Shown here: piece after piece, positions 27,667-35,504 of the stretch
Position numbering within the stretch: the stretch's first letter is position 1
How the letters are laid out: each line of letters opens with the position of its first letter
Virus record (IMG/VR): IMGVR_UViG_3300022719_000283
Span: 188,067-252,066 of that record
DNA from: a virus
Lineage: Duplodnaviria > Heunggongvirae > Uroviricota > Caudoviricetes
Strand: one strand, 5' to 3'
DNA length: 64,000 bases
Made by a program: the position numbers and the translations under genes
Notes under the pieces: model-generated
What the model saw: the letters and a program-made list of their open reading frames with translations, nothing else
Databases searched by the model: none
Told to the model about the DNA's origin: nothing

Positions 27667-27888
27667 TTAAGGGGTCAAACGGCGAGCAATCCCAGCATTT
27701 GCCCACATGCGCACTTCTTCCAGATGGGTCATGGCCAGGGACTGCTCACGAGAATCGGGGCAAAGCGCCACAATCAGGTCTGCCAGCTCGCGGACCTTGT
27801 CCCCGATTTTCGTGTATCGCTCGGGCTGGTCTCCGTGAGGAGGGTGGTAGGTGAACCGGGTATCGAGCTCTTCTTGGGTGAGAGGCAT
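27667..27888 (-). CDS. Small conserved phage-type protein (73 aa, RFTYHPP motif)
   Basis: MPLTQEELDTRFTYHPPHGDQPERY...ALCPDSREQSLAMTHLEEVRMWANAGIARR. The author recalls seeing this as a hypothetical in actinobacterial phages; function unknown. Confidence 0.45.
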   Translation of the reverse strand: MPLTQEELDTRFTYHPPHGDQPERYTKIGDKVRELADLIVALCPDSREQSLAMTHLEEVRMWANAGIARRLTP

Positions 27889-27910
27889 CCTCTACCATAC
27901 CCGATCAAGC

Positions 27911-28096
27911 TCAATCGGGTTTTCCATGACTCTCGAGAGTCACGTTACCGTGCTCGTCGACAGTGGTCTTGATGCCGTACTTCCCCCGAATGCCTCCTTT
28001 GCCGCATCCAGGATTCGGGCAAAAGTAGTTGCCAGTCTCGAGATCCCGCTCGAACTCGGCCCCGCACTCACGACAGCTCATCTTGATGCTTCCCAC
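27911..28096 (-). CDS. Small zinc-ribbon protein (61 aa)
   Basis: CRECG...CPNPGCGKGG is a four-Cys ribbon. Confidence 0.4.
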   Translation of the reverse strand: MGSIKMSCRECGAEFERDLETGNYFCPNPGCGKGGIRGKYGIKTTVDEHGNVTLESHGKPD

Positions 28097-28116
28097 GGTG
28101 CGACTCTACCGGTGCC

Positions 28117-28434
28117 TCACTCTTTGAGGCGCCATTCGTATATCGGTACTTGCCGCACATTTCCGCCCAGAGGACGAACGTTGTTGGCTGTACGCCAACG
28201 GCAAAAATGCTTGCCCTCCCCACCCCCCTTCACAAAACACCACGGGCACCGGGGCCGGGCGTCCACCACACTAGGATGGTGCCCGCGCCCTTCCGCTTGG
28301 GCGATCTCATCAACCTGGCTAGCCTGCATGGCTACCAGGCGGTACCCCACAACCACTCGCTCGTAGCGAGGGTCGTGCTCCTTACTGGGGTTGGGGTTGT
28401 TGTTCTGGCTCTTGTTGGAGTTGGACGTGTTCAT
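28117..28434 (-). CDS. Hypothetical protein (105 aa)
   Basis: ORF only; a plus-strand alternative overlaps it. Confidence 0.25.
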   Translation of the reverse strand: MNTSNSNKSQNNNPNPSKEHDPRYERVVVGYRLVAMQASQVDEIAQAEGRGHHPSVVDARPRCPWCFVKGGGEGKHFCRWRTANNVRPLGGNVRQVPIYEWRLKE

Positions 28435-28539
28435 GACGAGTTGCGAAGTGCAACTACGTCATGGCGGCTGTCTCCAAGGGAGCTTCAGTTGTGGTGCAGT
28501 GCGCACGAGTCCTCAAGATAGAGGGAGCTCGGATCGGAG

Positions 28540-29061
28540 TCAAGTCGAAAAAAGATCAAGAGCCGAAGGCTGATTCTCCCCCAGCCTCTCTCGGATTTCG
28601 TGCTCCGTCGCAAGCTCCCCGTCCTTCAGGATGTGAAGGAGCTCGATGCCTTGCTCGACCAGATCAGCCCCCACCAAGCGCCGCCGATGGCATCCAGAAG
28701 GGTCAGCTTCGCTACACATAAGCGTCACTTCACCGAGCTCCTTGTTCATCTCAAAGCCACGAAGGAGCTCCTGAAGGCCATCCTGGTACTTCTGCGAGGC
28801 CCGGATCTTGTCGTAGTCGGGAGCCCCCATTGTGAAAAGGTTAGGGTCGTCCGGAAGACCCCCCAGAGAGTGCCCCATCCAAACGTACGGAACCCCGGCC
28901 CTCCGCAAGTCCTCTGCAATCACGTACCGGTTGTACTGAGGGTTGTGGCGGCTAAAAGGCTTGCTCCGGATGTCGACGACCACGGCGATATTGCAGCCGC
29001 GCAGACGCCTGATGAGCTCCTCAGTGGACAGGTTGCTGTGGCCGATCGTGTAGCTCTTCAT
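28540..29061 (-). CDS. DUF488-family protein
   Basis: MKSYTIGHSNLSTEELIRRLRGCNIAVVVDIRSKPFSRHNPQY matches the DUF488 N-terminal consensus TIGHS....EF..LL....I..VVDVR..P.SR..P.F. Confidence 0.6.
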   Translation of the reverse strand: MKSYTIGHSNLSTEELIRRLRGCNIAVVVDIRSKPFSRHNPQYNRYVIAEDLRRAGVPYVWMGHSLGGLPDDPNLFTMGAPDYDKIRASQKYQDGLQELLRGFEMNKELGEVTLMCSEADPSGCHRRRLVGADLVEQGIELLHILKDGELATEHEIRERLGENQPSALDLFST

Positions 29062-29245
29062 CGAGCTCCCTGTCCAGGGCCTGGCACTGTTCCGGCGTCA
29101 ATTCGAACACGGAGGTATCGTCGTCGGGCAGGATGCACTTCGCCGCCGCCTCGGCTTCTTGGCGCGTCTTGTAAGGCCCGACACATCCTTCGTCGGGATA
29201 CTCTGTGATGTAGAAGGCGTAGCCGCCTTCGGACCAGTTGTTCAT
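29021..29245 (-). CDS. Small hypothetical protein (74 aa)
   Basis: ORF overlapping its neighbours by a few nt on both sides, as in an operon. Confidence 0.3.
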   Translation of the reverse strand: MNNWSEGGYAFYITEYPDEGCVGPYKTRQEAEAAAKCILPDDDTSVFELTPEQCQALDRELDEELHDRPQQPVH

Positions 29246-29919
29246 GTTTCACTTCCGTTGAGTAGGTCCATGATGTTGGGACCTTCGATGACTTCGGGTT
29301 TCTTCCGCCACGTCCACGACTTGCGTGCTTCGAAGGGGAGTCGCCCATGTTTGGCCTCGAAAGCTTCAAGGAATTGGCGAGTCCCTTTGTTGACATACCC
29401 CCCACCAGTAATCTTGCCATACTCGGGCTCATATCGGGCCAGAATGCGGTCCATCTCTTCGTCCCGAGTAGTCTTAGCAACGATCGACGCCGCCGAAACG
29501 GACACGTGTTTTGTGTCGGCTTTGTTCTCCGCGATGAGGTTAGGCCATTCTGAAGAAAGGCAACCGAAGATAGGAGCTCCGTCACACACGATATGGTCTT
29601 CAGAAGTGGCCTCAAGCATCTTGAGGAGCTCAAGAGCTCCTCGCCTTTCAAGATCATCCAAGGCACCCCGCTCCACGTAGGTGTCAATCTCGGCAGGCTC
29701 GAAGATAAGGACCGCACAGTGACATCGCTGGTAAATCCAGGGGCGAGCCTTAAGCCGTGCCGTTTTGGCTTTCCCTCCACTACCGTATTTCTTGCTGTCT
29801 TGGATGCCCAACCCTCGGAGCTCGGTCTCATGCTCTGGAGTCAAGGCGACAGCCGCCATCACCAGTGGCCCCAATACAGGTCCGCGTCCAGCTTCATCGA
29901 TCCCGATCAAGCGCACCAC
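29242..29919 (-). CDS. rnhB: Ribonuclease HII
   Basis: LIGIDEAGRGPVLGPLVMAAV, DSKK and SAASIVAK are RNase HII catalytic and substrate-binding motifs. Confidence 0.85.
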   Translation of the reverse strand: MVRLIGIDEAGRGPVLGPLVMAAVALTPEHETELRGLGIQDSKKYGSGGKAKTARLKARPWIYQRCHCAVLIFEPAEIDTYVERGALDDLERRGALELLKMLEATSEDHIVCDGAPIFGCLSSEWPNLIAENKADTKHVSVSAASIVAKTTRDEEMDRILARYEPEYGKITGGGYVNKGTRQFLEAFEAKHGRLPFEARKSWTWRKKPEVIEGPNIMDLLNGSET

Positions 29920-30296
29920 GATCTCTTCCCTACCTCCACATCACCGAAAAACCGTTTACACGACCAGTCATACATCCCGTGACTAGCGTCGTAGTTATAC
30001 TGCTTCACGAGGTACTGGAGACGTAACCCGATAGAGACCGGGTCGGGGCGGTTCGTTTTGGGGCCTGGGGTTTTGACCGTGATGAGTTGGTAGCCGCGAC
30101 CTCCACGCGAAATCCTAACGGAATACTTAGCATTCGGGAGGATACCCGCACGAACATCGTCTTTGATGTCCCGCCGAATCCTTTTAGCAACTTCAGTCAG
30201 ATCAATATTCCGCGTTTCCCAGTACTTCGCCCCGATGTGGGGTGCGGCTTCGTAGGCAGCAATCTCCTTGATGAACTTCTCGAGCGTATCAGCCAC
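29907..30296 (-). CDS. Hypothetical protein (129 aa)
   Basis: ORF overlapping the rnhB start by 13 nt; no motif. Confidence 0.4.
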   Translation of the reverse strand: MADTLEKFIKEIAAYEAAPHIGAKYWETRNIDLTEVAKRIRRDIKDDVRAGILPNAKYSVRISRGGRGYQLITVKTPGPKTNRPDPVSIGLRLQYLVKQYNYDASHGMYDWSCKRFFGDVEVGKRSWCA

Positions 30297-30828
30297 CCCA
30301 GTTGATCCTTTTGTAGACTCCTTCTTTCTCTCCCCAGTCGAGCCACCGTTCGATCAGGACAGGCAGGCGTCCGGCCTCTTCCTGGCTGTGAACCGTCTCC
30401 CCCGTGATGTCGTGCAACGCAGCCAGAGGCTCCCAGATCGCAAGATCATCCCATGGCTCTTCGAAACAATCGAGCCGACGTAGGAGGGCTGGAACAGCCT
30501 CTTCGCCTAAATCAACGAGCTCTTTGTAGAGCGGATCATCAGTCACGATTCGGGACAGAAACTTGTGCTTCTTGTAGAGCTCTCGACAGAGTTCCTTGAC
30601 CTGATCCATGTGTGGGTAGTCTCCGAGTTGGTAAGTTCCGCTCTCGAGAGCTTTCACGGCTGCTTCCACACAGTCCGGGCAAGCTAAAAGCCGTCCTTCA
30701 TCCAAGGCATTAGCACTGGCGTGATCGAGCCCGGTGAACGCGAACTCACGATACCATGGCGTGTTACACCAGAAAACCTTCTTCTCTTTCGGGTGCTGAA
30801 TGTGCTTTACGTAACTCGGGAGTTTCAC
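30289..30828 (-). CDS. Hypothetical protein (179 aa)
   Basis: ORF in the operon-like run; no motif. Confidence 0.4.
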   Translation of the reverse strand: MKLPSYVKHIQHPKEKKVFWCNTPWYREFAFTGLDHASANALDEGRLLACPDCVEAAVKALESGTYQLGDYPHMDQVKELCRELYKKHKFLSRIVTDDPLYKELVDLGEEAVPALLRRLDCFEEPWDDLAIWEPLAALHDITGETVHSQEEAGRLPVLIERWLDWGEKEGVYKRINWGG

Positions 30829-31121
30829 CCCACCTCCACCAACTTTTCACGAAAGGTCTTGCGGGTGATCGCGTTGTAATCCCGCCGTGTGCGCGTCATC
30901 GGCTCCAGAAGTTTAGCCGACAGCTTGCGGCGTCCCTCCGGTGTACGGAAGTACTCCGACATCAGCTTTTGATTTCGCTCTCTTTGAGTGAGCATCTTTC
31001 CGGAGCCTTTGCATAAGTCGCAAGGGCGCCGGGTGACCAGCAGTACGATCTCGCCTTGGCCCAGACAGTCAGGACATTCGGCCATGCCCTGACTATACCG
31101 GCCAATCAATACGGATGTCAC
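30825..31121 (-). CDS. DnaJ-type CxxCxGxG zinc-finger protein whose C-terminal 40 aa mimic the capsid-protein N-terminus
   Basis: CPDCLGQGEI...CDLCKGSGK is the DnaJ-type finger. KLMSEYFRTPEGRRKLSAKLLEPMTRTRRDYNAITRKTF has 22 of 38 residues identical to KLISEYIKTPTGRAKLAASLTQPLRTRRDYTSVGRKTF at the N-terminus of 60096-60974. Confidence 0.6.
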   Translation of the reverse strand: MTSVLIGRYSQGMAECPDCLGQGEIVLLVTRRPCDLCKGSGKMLTQRERNQKLMSEYFRTPEGRRKLSAKLLEPMTRTRRDYNAITRKTFREKLVEVG

Positions 31122-31133
31122 TGGGCTTCCTCA

Positions 31134-31496
31134 TCAAGGAGCTACCTTCTTCTCGAACTCATCGAGAGCCTTCTCGTGCTCCTCTTGAGCCTCCTTCATC
31201 GGATCCGGTTTCGACGCTGGCTTGATCTCCACCTTCTGGGCAGGAGGGGTCGGTTCCGGCTTTTCAGGGAGCTCGATCCCTTCGGGCTCGAGAGGGTTCG
31301 GCAGTTTGTAGATGTAGCTGTCGACGATGCCAATGACGCCCAGGAGAGCCATGAGGGCAGCTCCAGCGGCTGCCCATCGTAGACCCCAAGCCAGGTGTTC
31401 GTCCTTCTCTTCGTCAGCAACCTCATGGAGCTTGCGGCGAAGAGCAAAGAGAAAGCCGATGCCGGCGGCAACGGCGATGATACTGACGATGCCCAT
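31134..31496 (-). CDS. Small membrane protein with two predicted TM helices
   Basis: Hydrophobic stretches IVSIIAVAAGIGFLFAL and WAAAGAALMALLGVIGIV, followed by a Pro/Glu/Lys-rich tail. Confidence 0.45.
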   Translation of the reverse strand: MGIVSIIAVAAGIGFLFALRRKLHEVADEEKDEHLAWGLRWAAAGAALMALLGVIGIVDSYIYKLPNPLEPEGIELPEKPEPTPPAQKVEIKPASKPDPMKEAQEEHEKALDEFEKKVAP

Positions 31497-31498
31497 GG

Positions 31499-32479
31499 TT
31501 ACTTGGCTTGCTCTTTCTCGGACTTCGGAGCCTCGGGTGCGGGGGTTTGCACGATCACATCGTGGTTGCCTTCGGCTACCGCCTCCGCCATCGCATCAGC
31601 GGAATCAGCGAACCGCTCCTGGTTCTTGAGCTCGACGTAGGTAGCGTAATCCACTCCGGCGATCTGGGCGTTGACCACGTCATTCTCCGCGCGTACTTTC
31701 TGAACGATCTGCCTCTGCTGTTCGACCTCGAGTTCGGCCTTGAGCGCACGGACGGTCCGGGCCTTCTCCTCATCGACCGCGTAGAGACGACGCTTGGCCT
31801 GAATCACCTCTCGAGGCACCTCACCAATCCCGTTCGGAAATCCGAGTTCGGTCACCACGATGGGGGCATCTCCGAGCATCTCGCTGATCGCCTGCTTGGT
31901 GGAATCCGCGATCTCAGGGACGTTTGTCAGGACCTCTTCGACAGTATGCTTGCGCAGCTCGGTCACGATGGCATCAGGAGCCTTGCGGGCCAGGTACTTC
32001 TCGTAGACTTGGTCTGCGGAGATCAGCATCGTGAAAGGGGCATCGCCTTCCGCGGACACCTTGGCGAAGATCTCATCTTGGCTCTCCTGGTCTGGCTTGA
32101 CTTCGAAAACCAGACCCACCTGCACGTTCTTGATGTCCACGTTGGAGTCGGGGAGGTACAGCGTATCGATCGTCATGTCTTTGGTGCTCTTGCTGACCTG
32201 AAGACGGACAAGCTTTTCGCACGCCTCGAGAGGCCCGCACCAATCCAGAAGGTACGCTCCCGGACCAACCGTTTTCTCTTCCAAACCATGTTTGCCGAGG
32301 ACGCGACCGACTTCGCCCGTTTCGACGGTCACACGCTCACCGACGCATGCGCCCAAGAAAAGGGCGGAGAACAGAACGGGAATGAAACGTTTCACAGGAC
32401 TTTTACCCTTCGCACGAAAGACCTTACCAGGTACCGAGTCTCGGTATTCCCAGGGCCTCCACAGCAGGGTTTTCGTCAA
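31499..32479 (-). CDS. SPFH (band-7/stomatin/HflK-like) domain lipoprotein
   Basis: Lipobox LFLGAC. VTVETGEVGRVLGKHG...TVGPGAYLL...TKDMTIDTLYLPDSNVDIKNVQV follows the SPFH pattern. Confidence 0.6.
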   Translation of the reverse strand: MTKTLLWRPWEYRDSVPGKVFRAKGKSPVKRFIPVLFSALFLGACVGERVTVETGEVGRVLGKHGLEEKTVGPGAYLLDWCGPLEACEKLVRLQVSKSTKDMTIDTLYLPDSNVDIKNVQVGLVFEVKPDQESQDEIFAKVSAEGDAPFTMLISADQVYEKYLARKAPDAIVTELRKHTVEEVLTNVPEIADSTKQAISEMLGDAPIVVTELGFPNGIGEVPREVIQAKRRLYAVDEEKARTVRALKAELEVEQQRQIVQKVRAENDVVNAQIAGVDYATYVELKNQERFADSADAMAEAVAEGNHDVIVQTPAPEAPKSEKEQAK

Positions 32480-32500
32480 TCCACGCCTTGATCCCCAAGA

Positions 32501-32794
32501 TCAGGGCTTGGCCATGAGCTCTTGGAAAGATCCCCCAGGAGGAGGCGTGACCACCTGCGTGGGATCTTTGGCCCCCTCGGGGAGCCGAATCCAGACCGTC
32601 TCGTAGACGAAGGCGACGAACTTTTTTAGATCGGTCTTCTTCTTGAGATCCTCGTAGCCTGTGGCTTGATCCACCAAGACTGCCATGGGTGTTCGCGGTT
32701 CTCCTCCGATGTGGGTACCGGCAACCCGGTCAAACTCCCGCACGAACCCCTCGTTCTCCAAACACTCCTGGACGCACTCTTCAAATTTCAGCAT
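32501..32794 (-). CDS. Hypothetical protein
   Basis: ORF; start placed at the internal MLKFEEC to avoid overlap with the next gene. Confidence 0.3.
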   Translation of the reverse strand: MLKFEECVQECLENEGFVREFDRVAGTHIGGEPRTPMAVLVDQATGYEDLKKKTDLKKFVAFVYETVWIRLPEGAKDPTQVVTPPPGGSFQELMAKP

Positions 32795-32804
32795 GTCGAG
32801 GATT

Positions 32805-33242
32805 CTACCCCATCCTGCTGAAAACCCAGGCATCCGAGGTAGGAACAAGGCGCCATTCCCCCCAGTGGCTACGCCCATCTTTGCCTGGACGCCATCTGAC
32901 CAGGTAGCTCCCGTCTTGATCCTTCTTCACGATGTGCCACTGATGCTGGCAGATCGCAATGGTGTCCTCCATCACCCCTCCGTAAACGAGGTCCTTCTCA
33001 ACGACCGCCTCTCCGTCCTCGATGAGCGAGTACCACGGACGTGAAAACGCGAGAGGAGGTGTATGCTCGAGAGGCTCTTTCTCCTCGATGAGAAGCCGGT
33101 ACAAGAGACCGCCCCGAAGAGAGTGCTCGGCCTCGATCAGGAACCGTTTTCTATCGATGACGGGGGAGTATCCTCCTTGCTCGCGGAGCTCCATCCAACG
33201 AGCAATCGCCTCCAAAGTTTTCTGAGCTTCCTGGTGATCCAT
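32805..33242 (-). CDS. Hypothetical protein (145 aa)
   Basis: ORF; no motif. Confidence 0.4.
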   Translation of the reverse strand: MDHQEAQKTLEAIARWMELREQGGYSPVIDRKRFLIEAEHSLRGGLLYRLLIEEKEPLEHTPPLAFSRPWYSLIEDGEAVVEKDLVYGGVMEDTIAICQHQWHIVKKDQDGSYLVRWRPGKDGRSHWGEWRLVPTSDAWVFSRMG

Positions 33243-33250
33243 GGTGGTTC

Positions 33251-33586
33251 CTAGTCAGGTTCGTTGCGAAGCCACTCCGCAAACGCTGCAAAATCCAAAT
33301 TCAAGAAAGCCCTACAGTAAGGCATCTTGTGCGTGATCACGTCTCGGTTATCTCTCACTCCCAACACGAGAGGCTGCCCGCATCGACACAAGGTCTCTTC
33401 TTCCTCTTCTTCGATGTTAGATCGAGAGAGCTCAAAGACCTTCTCGGCTACCTGACGGTACGGGTAGTGAGGAGGGCCTTCCTTGCCGCATGCACATGTG
33501 GCCGGTTCCGGGTCAGCATCAGGAGCCTCCTCCGGGACGCCGTAAACCCGAGCAGCTCCGCAAAAAGGACACGGCTCGTGGGACAC
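33251..33586 (-). CDS. Cys-rich hypothetical protein
   Basis: CPFCG...CACG...CRCG...YC suggests metal-binding. The start is uncertain; the N-terminus of the ORF as listed overlaps the upstream gene. Confidence 0.3.
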   Translation of the reverse strand: MSHEPCPFCGAARVYGVPEEAPDADPEPATCACGKEGPPHYPYRQVAEKVFELSRSNIEEEEEETLCRCGQPLVLGVRDNRDVITHKMPYCRAFLNLDFAAFAEWLRNEPD

Positions 33587-33623
33587 CTCCCATGTTACCC
33601 GCCCAGACCCATGTTCGAAACGC

Positions 33624-34274
33624 TTACCACCGCCCCATGACCTCTCGGTAGTCGTACTTGGATCCCAATGCTTCTTGAATTGTGATCTGGTCCGTGGAGT
33701 AGCCCAGACACTGACCGTTGTAGCCCCAAGCGGTCTTGGCAATCCGGACCTCGCCGCGTACAAACCGGATCCCCTTTTCCGTGGGACGCCAAAAACCCGA
33801 GCTCCGTTTGGAGGGGTCCGTCTCATTGGGCTTCTCTTCAGCTAGCCCGAAGAACTTGAGCTTGTCCTTGTCTCCGCCCCCACGTCGCCCTTGAAGCAAA
33901 GGCGCATCTTGAAGAGAGGCCCACGCACCATCTTTGCACGTGCGAACGAGCCAGATGAGGAAAACTGCAACTGCTCCGTAGACCTTACGTGGGTAAAGCT
34001 GGACGCGCTGATTACAGCAAGGGCAGTAGGTGCCTGCGTAGAAACTGGCGTCAAAGAGAGGCCACGCTTGCGCCATCGTCATGTCTTCGCGCGTCGAAGG
34101 GCGTGGAAAAAAGATGCCCGGATCTGCTTTCGACTTCGTAGACTTGGGTGGTGTTCGTATCTCCTGTTGTCGACGAGCCACCTCTGACAAGAGGTCCGCT
34201 GTCGACGCAGCACTCAGGTCCAGTTTGTACTCCTGAACGGAATCCTCAAACCCAAAATCGTCCCACTCTGCCAT
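33624..34274 (-). CDS. Hypothetical protein (216 aa)
   Basis: ORF; contains CPCCN and one hydrophobic helix. Confidence 0.4.
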   Translation of the reverse strand: MAEWDDFGFEDSVQEYKLDLSAASTADLLSEVARRQQEIRTPPKSTKSKADPGIFFPRPSTREDMTMAQAWPLFDASFYAGTYCPCCNQRVQLYPRKVYGAVAVFLIWLVRTCKDGAWASLQDAPLLQGRRGGGDKDKLKFFGLAEEKPNETDPSKRSSGFWRPTEKGIRFVRGEVRIAKTAWGYNGQCLGYSTDQITIQEALGSKYDYREVMGRW

Positions 34275-34291
34275 GGTCTGCCCCTACCCCC

Positions 34292-34849
34292 CTACCCCGT
34301 ACTCCGAATCCGTTGCCGGGCCTCCATGATGGCGAACCCGAGCAGATTCTGTCCCCGCCACTTGTGAGGGTTATGGGCGGCCTTATCTTCGCGCCGAAGA
34401 CCGATGCCCCAAATGCAGTCGTGTGGGCTGGCCTCGACGAGCACCATGTCCTTAGTGCCCAGCAGGTACTTTCGAAGCTCGGTATCCTGGCTGAACTTGG
34501 CAACATTGCCTTTGACCACAGCCTCGAACTTGTGAGCGTCCCACTTGGCCTGATCCCAGTTACGAACCTGACGACCCAGCTCCTTCGCTTCGTCGGGGCC
34601 ACCACAGGCGAGGATCTGCTGGAGTGTGTCCTCGTCACCCATGACCCGAGCCTTTTCGGCCATCATCCCATGCTCGGCCGTAGGGTACTCGATACCGTCA
34701 ATCTCGAAGTCCGAAAAGTGCCACTGACTGAAGACATAGGGCCCGATGGTGCTGACATCGTGTCCCTTGCGGCCCCAAAACATCAGGAACTCGGGACGGT
34801 GCCCTTCGTCCCAAGCTTTGGTGAGAGTTTCTCGATCTCGAAATTCCAT
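34292..34849 (-). CDS. NADAR (YbiA-like) domain protein
   Basis: FWG...FSQWH..DFEIDGIEYPTAEHGMMAEKA...AKELGRQV..WDQAKWD...NVAKFSQDTELRKYLLGT...LVEASPHDCIWGIGL matches the NADAR/DUF1768 blocks. The start is set at the internal MEFRD. Confidence 0.65.
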   Translation of the reverse strand: MEFRDRETLTKAWDEGHRPEFLMFWGRKGHDVSTIGPYVFSQWHFSDFEIDGIEYPTAEHGMMAEKARVMGDEDTLQQILACGGPDEAKELGRQVRNWDQAKWDAHKFEAVVKGNVAKFSQDTELRKYLLGTKDMVLVEASPHDCIWGIGLRREDKAAHNPHKWRGQNLLGFAIMEARQRIRSTG

Positions 34850-34904
34850 ACGCCCCTTATACCCGATGCGGATCTCGCGATCCTGGATTTTCACGGAAAG
34901 CGCG

Positions 34905-35426
34905 CTACGGCTTCCGAGAAGCCCACCGCTTGATCGCGCGACGATCCTTCCCCGTCGCTCGGTCGCTGAGCAGGGTACCTTCCAGGTGGTCGTATTCGTG
35001 TTGGAGGGCCACCGAAAACAGGTGGTTGTGGGTCGCATCTAGCGTGAACTGTTCACCCTGGCGATTAAAAGCCGTTACCTTCACCCACTCCTGGCGCTCT
35101 ACCTCGGCAAGTAGACCAGGAAAACTGAGGCAGCCTTCGGGACGCACAACCTGATTGTCATTAGTAGGTTCGAGTTCAGGATTGATGAAGACCCAAGGCT
35201 CCACCAGGCGGTTGCCGTTAATGGGTCGCTGGTCGATGATGAACAGCCGCAAGTTGCGTCCCACTTGTGGCGCCGCAAGCCCAACTCCCTCCTGGTAGAA
35301 CATGGTGTAGATCATGTTCTCGATGAACTCCTGGAGACCCTCGAGCTCGTCGAGATCTACCGGAACGCTTGGCGCCTCAAGACTCGGTGCCGGGTATTCG
35401 AGGACCGTGAGAAGCTTCGAAGGCAT
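34905..35426 (-). CDS. def: Peptide deformylase
   Basis: GLAAPQVG, EGCLSFPG and HEYDHLEG are the three canonical PDF motifs. Confidence 0.85.
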   Translation of the reverse strand: MPSKLLTVLEYPAPSLEAPSVPVDLDELEGLQEFIENMIYTMFYQEGVGLAAPQVGRNLRLFIIDQRPINGNRLVEPWVFINPELEPTNDNQVVRPEGCLSFPGLLAEVERQEWVKVTAFNRQGEQFTLDATHNHLFSVALQHEYDHLEGTLLSDRATGKDRRAIKRWASRKP

Positions 35427-35504
35427 GGGACACCTTACCAGAGCGCGATCTTGGCGTCCTCACCAACGCGCCCCTAACGAGCCTATGCGTCACCCTTAGC
35501 GAAG

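Noticed and set aside
31508-32491. 327-aa plus-strand ORF
   Set aside because: Antisense to the SPFH lipoprotein gene, which has a lipobox and the SPFH pattern.
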